From positions 1 to 32,291 of IMG/VR virus record IMGVR_UViG_2925939204_000003: 32,291 nt of DNA, one strand, 5' to 3'. The DNA comes from a virus (Duplodnaviria; Heunggongvirae; Uroviricota; Caudoviricetes). This document shows positions 16,633 to 27,000 of this stretch, in pieces. Position 1 is the first letter of the stretch, and the number at the start of each line of letters is the position of its first letter. The notes under the pieces are model-generated. The model ran no database searches and had not been told where the DNA came from. It worked only from the letters and a program-made list of their open reading frames with translations. A program made the translations under genes and the position numbers.

Positions 16633-17118
16633 TTATTTTGTGGTTTTGAAAAGTTTCATGTACTGATTGATAGGTTTTCCTGAGTAAGAATCTGTCCCTG
16701 GCTCAGGAGTATCAGATAAAACTTTTGCAGCTAATTTGTTGGAGGCTTGATTACCAACCCCGACAATAGCCTCTACATAGAATTCATTGAAGGAATTTCT
16801 AAATCCGTATTGCATTTCTTCAATGCTGGCGATGAGAAGTTGAGTACCGATGCCTTGCGCTTTATATTCATCGGCTACTGCATAGCCAACGCCAAAGCAT
16901 GGTTTACCTTCAACAAACTCTGCAGGGACATATATAGCAACACCTTTAACATTTTCTCCTTCAAAGAATGCATAAGTAAACCGTGGCGTACCCTCTGCAT
17001 CATCCAAAAGCACCTTCATATTTGGGTGAACTATGCATGGTGAAGGCTTAATCAGACCATTAGAAAAGGCGTATTGAAAACTAATTAATGAGTCTGTTGG
17101 ATCAACGAGTTCTGGCAT
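16633..17118 (-). CDS. GNAT family N-acetyltransferase (cargo gene, opposite strand)
   Basis: 161 aa; acetyl-CoA binding motif AQGIGTQLL; AT-rich; flanked by AT-rich intergenic DNA. Confidence 0.6.
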   Translation of the reverse strand: MPELVDPTDSLISFQYAFSNGLIKPSPCIVHPNMKVLLDDAEGTPRFTYAFFEGENVKGVAIYVPAEFVEGKPCFGVGYAVADEYKAQGIGTQLLIASIEEMQYGFRNSFNEFYVEAIVGVGNQASNKLAAKVLSDTPEPGTDSYSGKPINQYMKLFKTTK

Positions 17119-17362
17119 TTTGAGTCCTATGTATTTTGATATAAGCGATTCAACATACTACTTTCTTACGTTTAATTCTTTAACATTAACGAGCCAGGAT
17201 ACGAAATTTTGAAAAAGAGTAAAGTTTTTAATAATTCATTCAAAGCATATCGCATGTGCACATCTAAGAAAGGCTTTCAGCTGTGAGCCTGGGTAAACCG
17301 TAAACTTTCGGCGACTCTGCCGTGCGACAGGTTCACGTCTAACATGTCTAAAAGGAAGAGTT

Positions 17363-17563
17363 ATGAAGTTTCAGGCCGCTAAACTGTATCGTGGTAAACA
17401 TTTCGCAGGGTATGGGATTGCAGTTGATGGTGAGTTACTGGAAGGGCAGCTTTCCGCCAGGACAGAGTCACGCGGAGGCGAGCCACCAACAGTCACTGTG
17501 ACTTTCAGACTGACAGCAGAACATATCGAGAATCAGCCCGTCATTCAACTGAACAGGGGGTGA
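17363..17563 (+). CDS. Hypothetical small protein
   Basis: 66 aa with SD AAGGAAG; no family recognised. Confidence 0.45.
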   Translation: MKFQAAKLYRGKHFAGYGIAVDGELLEGQLSARTESRGGEPPTVTVTFRLTAEHIENQPVIQLNRG

Positions 17564-17570
17564 GGTATTT

Positions 17571-18122
17571 ATGCCATCACGAATCCCACGCGCCTGCCGT
17601 AAGCGTGGATGTGCAGGTACAACCACAGACAGTTCTGGTTACTGCGATAAACATCGTGGCGAAGGATGGGTACAGCATCAACGCGGACTGAGCCGCCACC
17701 AGCGTGGCTACTTCCTGCACTGTTACCGTCAGTTAATGAGGATAGATGTGATGACTAAAAATATCCGTAATCTGGCACTGGCAGCGATGTCGGGGTTTCG
17801 CCATAAAACTGTTGATGTGCCTGAATGGGAAGGGGCAACGGTTGTATTACGGGAACCTTCTGCAGAAGCCTGGTTGCGCTGGCAGGAGATCGTTAAAGCA
17901 AAAGATGATGAGACACCGTTATCCGTTGCGGAGCTCGCCCGCCGAAATCTGGAAGCGGATGTTGAACTGTTCATCGATGTTCTGTGTGATACCGGACTGC
18001 AACCTGTATTTTCAGTGGATGATCGTGAACAGGTGATTGCCGTGTATGGCCCGGTGCATGCGCGGCTTCTTCGGCAGTCTCTGGAACTGATCAGTGATGC
18101 CGGCGAGGTTAAAAAAAAGTAG
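17571..18122 (+). CDS. Tail assembly chaperone G-like, with N-terminal Cys-rich extension; alternative start 17751
   Basis: Directly upstream of tape measure; ends in slippery A-AAA-AAG then TAG; both 17571 (SD GGTGAGG) and 17751 (SD GAGGA) are plausible starts. Confidence 0.55.
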   Translation: MPSRIPRACRKRGCAGTTTDSSGYCDKHRGEGWVQHQRGLSRHQRGYFLHCYRQLMRIDVMTKNIRNLALAAMSGFRHKTVDVPEWEGATVVLREPSAEAWLRWQEIVKAKDDETPLSVAELARRNLEADVELFIDVLCDTGLQPVFSVDDREQVIAVYGPVHARLLRQSLELISDAGEVKKK

Positions 18123-18424
18123 CGCTTCCGGGGATGCGTTTTCTGATGATGCTGGCGCTCAGGATGGGGCGCACATTGTCAGAGTTACGCCGGGAAATGT
18201 CCGCATCAGAAATCATGATGTGGGCAGAGTTTGACAGGTTCAGCCCGCTGGGGGACGAACGGGCTGATATCCGGGCTGCCCAGATTGTTTCAGCTGTTTA
18301 CGGTGCGCAGGGGGTCAAAGTGCCACTGAATGATGCGCTTCTTCAGTGGGAGAAGGAGCAGACAGAAGGCGTATCAGATCCATTTGCTGGACTGGAAAAC
18401 GCGCTTTTAATAGTGTCTCAGTGA
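17571..18424 (+). CDS. Tail assembly chaperone GT-like fusion made by programmed -1 frameshift at 18113..18119
   Basis: The -1 frame is open from the slippery site through ORF 18134..18424, mirroring lambda G/GT. Confidence 0.5.
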
Positions 18425-18432
18425 GTCAACAT

Positions 18433-18458
18433 AACCGCTTCGGCGGTTTTTTTTCGTC
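18433..18458 (+). terminator. Terminator-like hairpin between GT and tape measure genes
   Basis: AACCGC-TTCG-GCGGTT followed by TTTTTTTT. Confidence 0.45.
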
Positions 18459-18464
18459 CGGAGA

Positions 18465-21400
18465 ATGAGTGTGGCGACATTACGTGAACTGATTATTAAA
18501 ATCTCGGCAAATTCCCGGTCATTCCAGTCAGAGATCTCCCGGGCTTCGCGTATGGGGCAGGATTACTACCGTACCATGCAGAACGGAGGCCGGCAGTCCG
18601 CTGCTGCATCCCGTGAAATGCGGCGTGCACTGGCAGAAGTGACGGATCAGATAAATACAGCTAAATCTTCGGCACTAAACATGGCGGGGGCATTTGCCGG
18701 GGCTTTTGCTACCGGTCATCTTATTTCTCTCGCCGATGAGTGGAATTCAGTAAATGCCCGTCTGAAGCAGGCCTCACAGTCCAGTGATGATTTTCAGTCA
18801 TCACAGCGTGAATTAATGGCGATCAGCCAGAGAACGGGGACGGCTTTTTCTGATAACGCCAGCCTTTTTGCCCGCTCTGCAGCTTCCATGCGGGAGTATG
18901 GTTACAGTTCTGAGGAGGTACTGAAAGTCACCGAGGCGATCTCCACGGGCCTGAAATTATCCGGTGCCAGTACAGCAGAAGCCAGTTCGGTGATCACGCA
19001 GTTCAGTCAGGCTCTGGCGCAGGGAGTGCTGCGCGGTGAAGAGTTTAACTCGGTGAATGAGAACGGCGATCGTGTTATTCGTGCTCTGGCTGCGGGAATG
19101 GGAGTTGCCCGTAAGGATCTGAAGGCCATGGCGGATAACGGAAAGTTGACCGCCGATAAGGTTGTTCCTGCACTGATTAGTCAGCTTGGGGCATTACGTG
19201 ATGAATATGCGGCAATGCCTGATACGGTTTCATCCTCTGCAACCAAAGTTGAAAACGCCTTTATGGCCTGGGTTGGTGGTGCGAACGAGGCAAGCGGAGT
19301 GACGAAGACGCTCTCCGGTGTGCTGAATGGTCTTGCAGGCAATATTGACACCGTGGCAACCGCTGCCGGTGCTCTGGTTGCCGTCGGGGTAGCCCGATAT
19401 TTTGGCAATATGGCGTCGTCTGCTGGATCTGCAACTGCCGGATTAATTACTGCAGCCAGAAACGAAGTGGCTCTTGCTGAAGCGCAACTTCGGGGGACAC
19501 AGATAGCAACCGCCAGGGCGCGTGCGGCGGTTTATCGTGCGCAACAGGCGGTTGTTGCTGCTCGCGGTACCGAAAGGCAGGCCGCAGCAGAAGCGAAGCT
19601 GACAGCTGCCCAGGCGTCACTTACCCGTAATATTGCGGCCAGAACAGCGGCACAGACAACGCTGAATACTGTCACGTCAGTGGGGAGTCGTCTGTTAAGT
19701 GGTGCGCTGGGGTTGGTTGGTGGTGTGCCGGGACTCGTCATGCTGGGGGCGACGGCCTGGTACACGATGTATCAGAATCAGGAGCAGGCCAGAGAATCTG
19801 CACGCCAGTATGCCGCAACAATCGACGAAATTCGCCAGAAAACGTCGGCAATGTCGCTTCCTGAAGCGTCAGATAATGAGGAAAAGACGCGGCAGGCACT
19901 TGATGAGCAAAACAGGTTAATTGACGAGCAGAAAAGTAAGATTAAATCCTTACAGGAAAAAATTGCTGGCTATCAGTATGTGCTGGCAAACCCGGGCTGG
20001 ACAACCGATAACGGTTTTATGATTAACCACATGACGTCGGTAAAAACTGTCACAGAAGGGCTTGCAGAAGCAACAAATCAACTGGCAGTTGAACAGTCCC
20101 GTCTCACACAAATGCAGGGCAAAGCGCAATCCATTCAGGATGTGCTTGCCGGGCTGGAGGAGCGACGGGTGGCGTTGATCCGTCAACAGGCCGCGGAACA
20201 AAACAAAGCGTATCAGTCCCTGTTGATCATGAATGGGCAGCATACCGAGTTTAATCGCCTTCTCGGGCTCGGTAATGAATTACTTCAGCAGCGACAGGGG
20301 CTGGTGAATGTACCGTTACGGCTACCACAGGCAACCCTGGATGATAAACAGCAGACTGCACTGAATAACAGCGAGCGCGAACTGGCTCTGTCCCGCCTGA
20401 AGGGGGAAGCCCGTGAGCGTGCCCGCCTGGGTTATGCTGCGGATGATCTCGGCTTTGTGGGAGAGGCGTATCAGACAGCCAGACAGAATTATATCAATAA
20501 CTCACTGGATGCCTGGCGAAATAACCAGGCAAATAAACCCAAAGCGCATAAAAAGACCGAAGCGGAAAAAACAGAAGATATTTATAAACGGCTGATTAAA
20601 CAGCAAAAAGAACAAATAGCACTGGCAGGGCAGAATACTGAACTGGCTAAGATGAAATATCAGGTCAGTCAGGGCGAATTATCAACCCTGTCAGAAGCGC
20701 AGAAAAAAACGCTTTTGCAGAATGCAGCACTCATCGACCAGAAAAAGATTCGTGAGCAGCTTGCTGCGTATGAAAGCAGCCTGGCGGACAGTAATGCCAG
20801 TGCCCGGGCATCTGACGAAGCGCAGTTGCTGGGATATGGTGAAGGCTCACGGATGCGTGAACGACTCCAGGAAATGTGGAGTATCCGGCAGGCGTTTGAG
20901 CAGAAAAATAACGAGCTGCTGAGACAGTATCAGGCCGGAGAAATTGAAGAAGCTCTGTGGAAACAGGAGAAAGAACTGAATAAAAAATATCTGGAAGAGC
21001 GTCTCAGCGATCAGCAGGATTATTATGCAAAGGCCGATGCTTTACGTAATAACTGGAATGCCGGACTCCAGGAGGGACTGACCAACTGGGCAGACAGTGC
21101 CACCGATTATGCTTCACAGGCGGCAGATGCTGTCGTTTCCACGATGGACGGGCTGGTATCAAATATTTCCGATGCACTGGCCGGGAATGTTGTGGACTGG
21201 AGGAACTGGGGGAGTTCAGTTCTCCGGGAAGTTTCAAAAATTCTGATGAATGCAGCCATTGTTAACGGACTGAAATCACTCTCCGGTGCCGGAGGGTGGC
21301 TTGGTACGGTCGGCGGATGGATTTCGGGGGCAGTGGCAAACGCAAAAGGTGGTGTTTACACATCGGCAAATCTGAGTGCTTACAGTAACACTATTGTGGA

Positions 21401-21698
21401 TACACCGACGTATTTTGCTTTTGCGAAAGGTGCCGGGTTGATGGGCGAGGCCGGGCCCGAAGCAATCATGCCACTGACACGGGCAGCGGACGGCTCTCTT
21501 GGGGTCAGGGCCATTGGAAATGTGAATGGTGGCGGTGGATTTGTTTATTCTCCCGTGTATCACATCAGCATTCAGAATCAAGGGAGCAATGGCGAGATAG
21601 ATGCGCGCTCAGCCAGGGGACTGGTGGATCTGATCGACAGCAGGGTTGTGTCAATTATGCAGTCATCGCGTCGGGATGGAGGATTGTACAGTGCCTGA
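18465..21698 (+). CDS. Tail tape measure protein (lambda H-like)
   Basis: 1077 aa, coiled-coil-rich, C-terminus RRDGGLYSA like lambda H; start could be GTG 18471 (better SD spacing). Confidence 0.85.
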   Translation: MSVATLRELIIKISANSRSFQSEISRASRMGQDYYRTMQNGGRQSAAASREMRRALAEVTDQINTAKSSALNMAGAFAGAFATGHLISLADEWNSVNARLKQASQSSDDFQSSQRELMAISQRTGTAFSDNASLFARSAASMREYGYSSEEVLKVTEAISTGLKLSGASTAEASSVITQFSQALAQGVLRGEEFNSVNENGDRVIRALAAGMGVARKDLKAMADNGKLTADKVVPALISQLGALRDEYAAMPDTVSSSATKVENAFMAWVGGANEASGVTKTLSGVLNGLAGNIDTVATAAGALVAVGVARYFGNMASSAGSATAGLITAARNEVALAEAQLRGTQIATARARAAVYRAQQAVVAARGTERQAAAEAKLTAAQASLTRNIAARTAAQTTLNTVTSVGSRLLSGALGLVGGVPGLVMLGATAWYTMYQNQEQARESARQYAATIDEIRQKTSAMSLPEASDNEEKTRQALDEQNRLIDEQKSKIKSLQEKIAGYQYVLANPGWTTDNGFMINHMTSVKTVTEGLAEATNQLAVEQSRLTQMQGKAQSIQDVLAGLEERRVALIRQQAAEQNKAYQSLLIMNGQHTEFNRLLGLGNELLQQRQGLVNVPLRLPQATLDDKQQTALNNSERELALSRLKGEARERARLGYAADDLGFVGEAYQTARQNYINNSLDAWRNNQANKPKAHKKTEAEKTEDIYKRLIKQQKEQIALAGQNTELAKMKYQVSQGELSTLSEAQKKTLLQNAALIDQKKIREQLAAYESSLADSNASARASDEAQLLGYGEGSRMRERLQEMWSIRQAFEQKNNELLRQYQAGEIEEALWKQEKELNKKYLEERLSDQQDYYAKADALRNNWNAGLQEGLTNWADSATDYASQAADAVVSTMDGLVSNISDALAGNVVDWRNWGSSVLREVSKILMNAAIVNGLKSLSGAGGWLGTVGGWISGAVANAKGGVYTSANLSAYSNTIVDTPTYFAFAKGAGLMGEAGPEAIMPLTRAADGSLGVRAIGNVNGGGGFVYSPVYHISIQNQGSNGEIDARSARGLVDLIDSRVVSIMQSSRRDGGLYSA

Positions 21699-22032
21699 GC
21701 CTGAAGTTTTTAACTGGATCCCCCGTGAGGGGATGGAGACGACACGAAAGCCATCAGTTATTACGGTAAAGTTTGGTGACGGATATGAACAGCGACGGGC
21801 TGGTGGTCTGAATGCGGATCTGAAAACGTTTAAACCGGTATTTCGTGTCACAGATGAATATTCCCGTGCCGCGCTGGACAGTTTTTTATCCCGTCATGCC
21901 GGGATTCGTGCTTTTTTGTGGCGTCCGCCAAAACACAACAGGACTGTCCGGGTTGTCTGCAGGGAGTGGAGCATTTCGGATAATACCATGTATACCGATT
22001 TTAACTGTACCTTTGAAGAGGTCACTCACTGA
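21691..22032 (+). CDS. Minor tail protein M
   Basis: FNWIPREGMETTRKPSVITVKFGDGY aligns with recalled lambda M N-terminus; GTG start overlapping tape measure stop. Confidence 0.75.
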   Translation: MPEPEVFNWIPREGMETTRKPSVITVKFGDGYEQRRAGGLNADLKTFKPVFRVTDEYSRAALDSFLSRHAGIRAFLWRPPKHNRTVRVVCREWSISDNTMYTDFNCTFEEVTH

Positions 22033-22730
22033 TGCAGGATATACAGCAGGAAACACTCAATGAGTGCACTAAAACGGAGCAATCCGCGCTGGTCGTGCTC
22101 TGGGAAATTGATCTGACAGAGGTCGGCGGAGATCGTTATTTCTTCTGTAATGAGCAGAACGAAAAAGGTGAACCAGTCACCTGGCAGGGGCGGCAGTATC
22201 AGGCTTATCCCATTCAGGGAAGCGGATTTGAGATGAACGGCAAAGGAGCCAGTGCAAGGCCAACGCTTAAAGTCTCTAATCTGTACGGCATGGTCACCGG
22301 GATGGCGGAAGATCTGCAGAGTCTGGTCGGCGGAACGGTGGTCCGGCGTAAGGTTTACGCCCGTTTTCTGGATGCGGTGAACTTCGTCAACGGAAACAGT
22401 GACGCCGATCCGGAGCAGGAGGTGATCAGCCGCTGGCGCATCGAACAGTGCAGCGAACTGAGCGCGGTCAGTGCCTCTTTTGTGCTGTCCACACCGACGG
22501 AAACGGACGGTGCTGTTTTTCCGGGGCGCATCATGCTGGCCAACACCTGCACCTGGATCTACCGCGGCGATGAGTGCGGTTATGATGGCCCGGCGGTCGC
22601 GGATGAATATGACCAGCCAACGTCCGATATCACGAAGGATAAATGCAGCAAATGCCTGAGTGGTTGCAAGTTCCGCAATAACGTCGGCAATTTTGGCGGC
22701 TACCTTTCCATTAACAAACTTTCGCAGTAA
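22032..22730 (+). CDS. Minor tail protein L
   Basis: 232 aa like lambda L; start overlaps M stop (TGATG); C-terminal Cys cluster. Confidence 0.85.
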   Translation: MQDIQQETLNECTKTEQSALVVLWEIDLTEVGGDRYFFCNEQNEKGEPVTWQGRQYQAYPIQGSGFEMNGKGASARPTLKVSNLYGMVTGMAEDLQSLVGGTVVRRKVYARFLDAVNFVNGNSDADPEQEVISRWRIEQCSELSAVSASFVLSTPTETDGAVFPGRIMLANTCTWIYRGDECGYDGPAVADEYDQPTSDITKDKCSKCLSGCKFRNNVGNFGGYLSINKLSQ

Positions 22731-22734
22731 ACCC

Positions 22735-23478
22735 ATGACAGAGACAGAATCAGCGATTCTGGCGCACGCCCGGCGATGTGCGCCAGCGGAGTCGTGCGGC
22801 TTCGTGGTGAGAACGCCGGAGGGGGACAGATATTTTTCCTGCGTGAATATCTCCGGTGAGCCGGAGGCGTATTTCCGGATGTCGCCGGAGGACTGGCTGC
22901 GTGCACAAATGCAGGGGGAGGTTGTGGCACTGGTCCACAGCCACCCCGGTGGTCTGCCCTGGCTGAGTGAGGTCGACAGGCGGCTGCAGGTGCAGAGTGA
23001 TTTGCCGTGGTGGCTGGTCTGCCGGGGGGCGATTCACAAGTTCCGCTGTGTGCCACATCTTACCGGGCGGCGCTTTGAGCACGGGGTGACGGACTGTTAC
23101 ACGCTGTTCCGGGATGCATACCATCTGGCGGAAATTGAGATGCCGGATTTTTATCGCGGGGATGACTGGTGGCGTAACGGCCAGAATCTCTATCTTGACA
23201 ATATGGAGGCGACTGGTTTTTACCGTGTCGCACTGACAGAGGCGCAGCCGGGCGATGTGCTGCTGTGCTGTTTTGGTTCATCGGTGCCGAATCATGCCGC
23301 CATTTACTGCGGCGACGGCGAGCTGCTGCACCATATTCCTGAACAACTGAGCAAACGAGAGAGGTATACCGACAAATGGCAGCGACGCACACACTCCCTC
23401 TGGCGTCACCGGGCATGGCACGCATCTGCCTTTACGGGAATTTACAACGATTTGGTCGCCGTATCGACCTTCGTGTGA
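22735..23478 (+). CDS. Tail assembly protein K (JAB/MPN plus NlpC/P60-like)
   Basis: HSHPGG motif and high similarity to recalled lambda K; start MTETESAIL. Confidence 0.8.
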   Translation: MTETESAILAHARRCAPAESCGFVVRTPEGDRYFSCVNISGEPEAYFRMSPEDWLRAQMQGEVVALVHSHPGGLPWLSEVDRRLQVQSDLPWWLVCRGAIHKFRCVPHLTGRRFEHGVTDCYTLFRDAYHLAEIEMPDFYRGDDWWRNGQNLYLDNMEATGFYRVALTEAQPGDVLLCCFGSSVPNHAAIYCGDGELLHHIPEQLSKRERYTDKWQRRTHSLWRHRAWHASAFTGIYNDLVAVSTFV

Positions 23479-24023
23479 AAACGGGGGCCGAAGCCATCCG
23501 GGCGCTGGCCATGCAGATCCCGGCGTTTCGTCAGAAACTGAGTGACGGCTGGTATCAGGTACGGATTGCCGGGCGTGATGCAGGTGAAACCGAATTGTCT
23601 GCCCGTCTTAATGAGCCGCTGGCAAATGGTGCCGTGATCCACATCGTTCCGCGTCTGGAGGGGGCCAAAAGTGGCGGTGTGTTTCAGGCGGTGCTGGGTG
23701 CGGCGCTGATTGCGGTGGCATGGTGGAACCCTGTGGGCTGGCTGGGGGCCGCGGCTGTATCGGGTATGTATGCAGCAGGGGCCAGTATGATCCTGGGTGG
23801 TGTGGCGCAGATGCTGGCACCGAAAGCCAGGACGCCCACGGCAGCCAGTACAGATAACGGCAAACAGAACACGTATTTCTCGTCACTGGATAACATGGTT
23901 GCCCAAGGCAATGTTCTGCCCGTTCTGTACGGTGAAATGCGTGTGGGGTCGCGGGTGGTATCTCAGGAGATCAGCACGGCAGATGAAGGTGATGGTGGTC
24001 AGGTTGTGGTGATTGGTCGCTGA
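23376..24023 (+). CDS. Tail assembly protein I
   Basis: N-terminus MAATHTLPLASPGMARICLYG and C-terminus GDGGQVVVIGR match recalled lambda I; overlaps K by about 100 nt. Confidence 0.75.
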   Translation: MAATHTLPLASPGMARICLYGNLQRFGRRIDLRVKTGAEAIRALAMQIPAFRQKLSDGWYQVRIAGRDAGETELSARLNEPLANGAVIHIVPRLEGAKSGGVFQAVLGAALIAVAWWNPVGWLGAAAVSGMYAAGASMILGGVAQMLAPKARTPTAASTDNGKQNTYFSSLDNMVAQGNVLPVLYGEMRVGSRVVSQEISTADEGDGGQVVVIGR

Positions 24024-24083
24024 TGCAAAATGTTTTATGTGAAACCGCCTCCGGGCGGTTTTGTCGTTTATGGAGCGTGAGGA

Positions 24084-27000
24084 ATGGGTAAAGGCAGCAG
24101 TAAGGGGCATACCCCGCGCGAAGCGAAGGACAACCTGAAGTCCACGCAGTTGCTGAGTGTGATTGATGCCATCAGCGAAGGGCCGATTGAAGGTCCGGTG
24201 GACGGATTAAAAAGTGTGCTGCTGAACAGTACGCCAGTGCTGGACAGTGATGGGAATACCAACATCGCCGGTGTCACGGTGGTGTTCCGGGCTGGTGAGC
24301 AGGAGCAGACTCCGCCGGAGGGATTTGAATCCTCCGGCTCCGAGACGGTGTTGGGTACGGAAGTGAAATACGACACGCCGATCACCCGCGCCATCACGTC
24401 GGCAAACATCGACCGACTGCGCTTTACCTTCGGTGTGCAGGCACTGGTGGAAACCACCTCAAAGGGGGACCGGAATCCGTCGGAAGTTCGCCTGCTGGTT
24501 CAGATACAGCGTAATGGTGGCTGGGTGACGGAAAAAGACATCACCATTAAGGGCAAAACCACCTCGCAGTATCTGGCCTCGGTGGTGGTGGATAACCTGC
24601 CGCCGCGCCCGTTTAATATCCGGATGCGCAGAATGACGCCGGACAGCACCACAGACCAGCTGCAGAACAAAACGCTCTGGTCGTCATACACCGAAATCAT
24701 CGATGTGAAACAGTGCTACCCGAACACGGCACTGGTCGGCGTGCAGGTGGACTCGGAACAGTTCGGCAGCCAGCAGGTGAGCCGTAATTATCATCTTCGC
24801 GGGCGCATTCTGCAGGTGCCGTCGAACTATAACCCGCAGACGCGGCAATACAGCGGTATCTGGGACGGAACGTTTAAGCCAGCATACAGCAACAACATGG
24901 CCTGGTGTCTGTGGGATATGCTGACCCATCCGCGCTACGGCATGGGGAAGCGTCTCGGTGCGGCGGATGTGGACAAATGGGCGCTGTATGTCATCGGCCA
25001 GAATTGCGACCAGTCGGTGCCGGATGGCTTTGGTGGCACGGAGCCGCGCATCACCTGTAATGCCTGGCTGACCACACAGCGCAAGGCGTGGGATGTTCTC
25101 AGTGATTTCTGCTCGGCGATGCGCTGTATGCCGGTATGGAACGGGCAGACGCTGACGTTCGTGCAGGACCGACCGTCGGATAAGGTGTGGACCTATAACC
25201 GCAGTAATGTGGTGATGCCGGATGATGGCGCGCCGTTCCGCTACAGCTTCAGTGCCCTGAAGGACCGTCATAATGCCGTTGAGGTGAACTGGATTGACCC
25301 GGATAACGGCTGGGAGACGGCGACAGAGCTTGTTGAAGATACGCAGGCCATTCTCCGTTACGGTCGTAACGTCACGAAGATGGATGCCTTTGGCTGTACC
25401 AGCCGGGGGCAGGCGCACCGCGCCGGGCTGTGGCTGATTAAAACGGAACTACTGGAAACGCAGACCGTGGACTTCAGCGTGGGTGCGGAAGGGCTTCGCC
25501 ATGTGCCGGGCGATGTCATTGAAATCTGCGATGATGACTATGCGGGGATCAGCACCGGCGGGCGCGTGCTGGCGGTGAACAGCCAGACCCGGACGCTGAC
25601 GCTCGACCGTGAAATCACGCTGCCATCCTCCGGTACCACGCTGATAAGCCTGGTTGACGGAAGTGGCAATCCGGTCAGCGTGGAGGTCCAGTCCGTCACC
25701 GACGGCGTGAAGGTAAAAGTGAGCCGTGTTCCTGACGGCGTTGCCGGATACAGCGTATGGGGGCTGAAGCTGCCGACGCTGCGCCAGCGCCTGTTCCGCT
25801 GCGTGAGTATCCGTGAGAACGACGACGGCACGTATGCCATCACCGCCGTGCAGCATGTACCGGAAAAAGAAGCCATCGTGGATAACGGGGCGCACTTTGA
25901 CGGCGACCAGAGCGGCACGGTGAATGGTGTCACGCCGCCAGCGGTGCAGCACCTGACCGCCGAAGTCACCGCAGACAGCGGGGAATACCAGGTGCTGGCG
26001 CGCTGGGATACGCCGAAGGTGGTGAAGGGCGTGAGCTTTATGCTTCGCCTGACCGTGGCCGCCGATGACGGCAGTGAGCGGCTGGTCAGCACGGCCCGGA
26101 CGACGGAAACCACTTACCGCTTCAGGCAACTGGCGCTGGGGCGTTACACGCTGACGGTCCGGGCGGTAAATGCCCGGGGACAGCAGGGCGATCCGGCGTC
26201 GGTATCGTTCCGGATTGCCGCCCCGGCAGCGCCGTCGCGGATTGAGCTGACGCCGGGCTATTTTCAGATAACCGCCACGCCGCATCTTGCGGTTTATGAT
26301 CCGACGGTACAGTTTGAGTTCTGGTTCTCGGAAAAGCGGATTGCGGATATCAGGCAGGTTGAAACCACAGCACGCTATCTTGGCACGGCGCTGTACTGGA
26401 TAGCCGCCAGTATCAATATCAGGCCGGGCCATAATTATTATTTTTACGTTCGCAGTGTGAACACCGTTGGCAAATCGGCATTCGTGGAGGCTGTTGGTCA
26501 GCCGAGTGATGACGCATCCGGCTATCTGAATTTTTTCAAAGGCGAGATAGGGAAAACCCATCTGGCTCAGGAGCTGTGGACGCAGATTGATAACGGTCAG
26601 CTTGCGCCTGACCTGGCTGAAATCAGGACATCCATTACGGATGTCAGCAATGAAATCACACAGACCGTCAATAAGAAACTGGAAGACCAGAGTGCAGCGA
26701 TCCAGCAGATACAGAAGGTTCAGGTTGATACAAATAATAATCTGAACAGCATGTGGGCTGTGAAGCTGCAGCAGATGCAGGACGGACGCCTTTATATCGC
26801 GGGTATCGGTGCCGGTATTGAGAACACCCCCGACGGCATGCAGAGTCAGGTGCTGCTGGCGGCAGACAGGATTGCGATGATTAATCCTGCAAATGGCAAC
26901 ACAAAACCGATGTTTGTTGGTCAGGGTGATCAGATATTCATGAATGAAGTGTTCCTGAAATATCTGACGGCTCCGACCATTACCAGCGGCGGTAATCCTC

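Noticed and set aside
17571-17750. N-terminal 60 codons of the G-like ORF as an independent HNH endonuclease gene
   Set aside because: Too short for a complete HNH protein and in frame with the chaperone with no stop; kept as an N-terminal extension or possible junction relic
22026-22736. 236-aa antisense ORF spanning gene L
   Set aside because: Mirrors the L frame exactly; L has strong lambda similarity
24684-26561. Antisense ORFs of 244, 370 and 191 aa inside gene J
   Set aside because: Arg/His-rich spurious frames opposite a well-supported J coding frame
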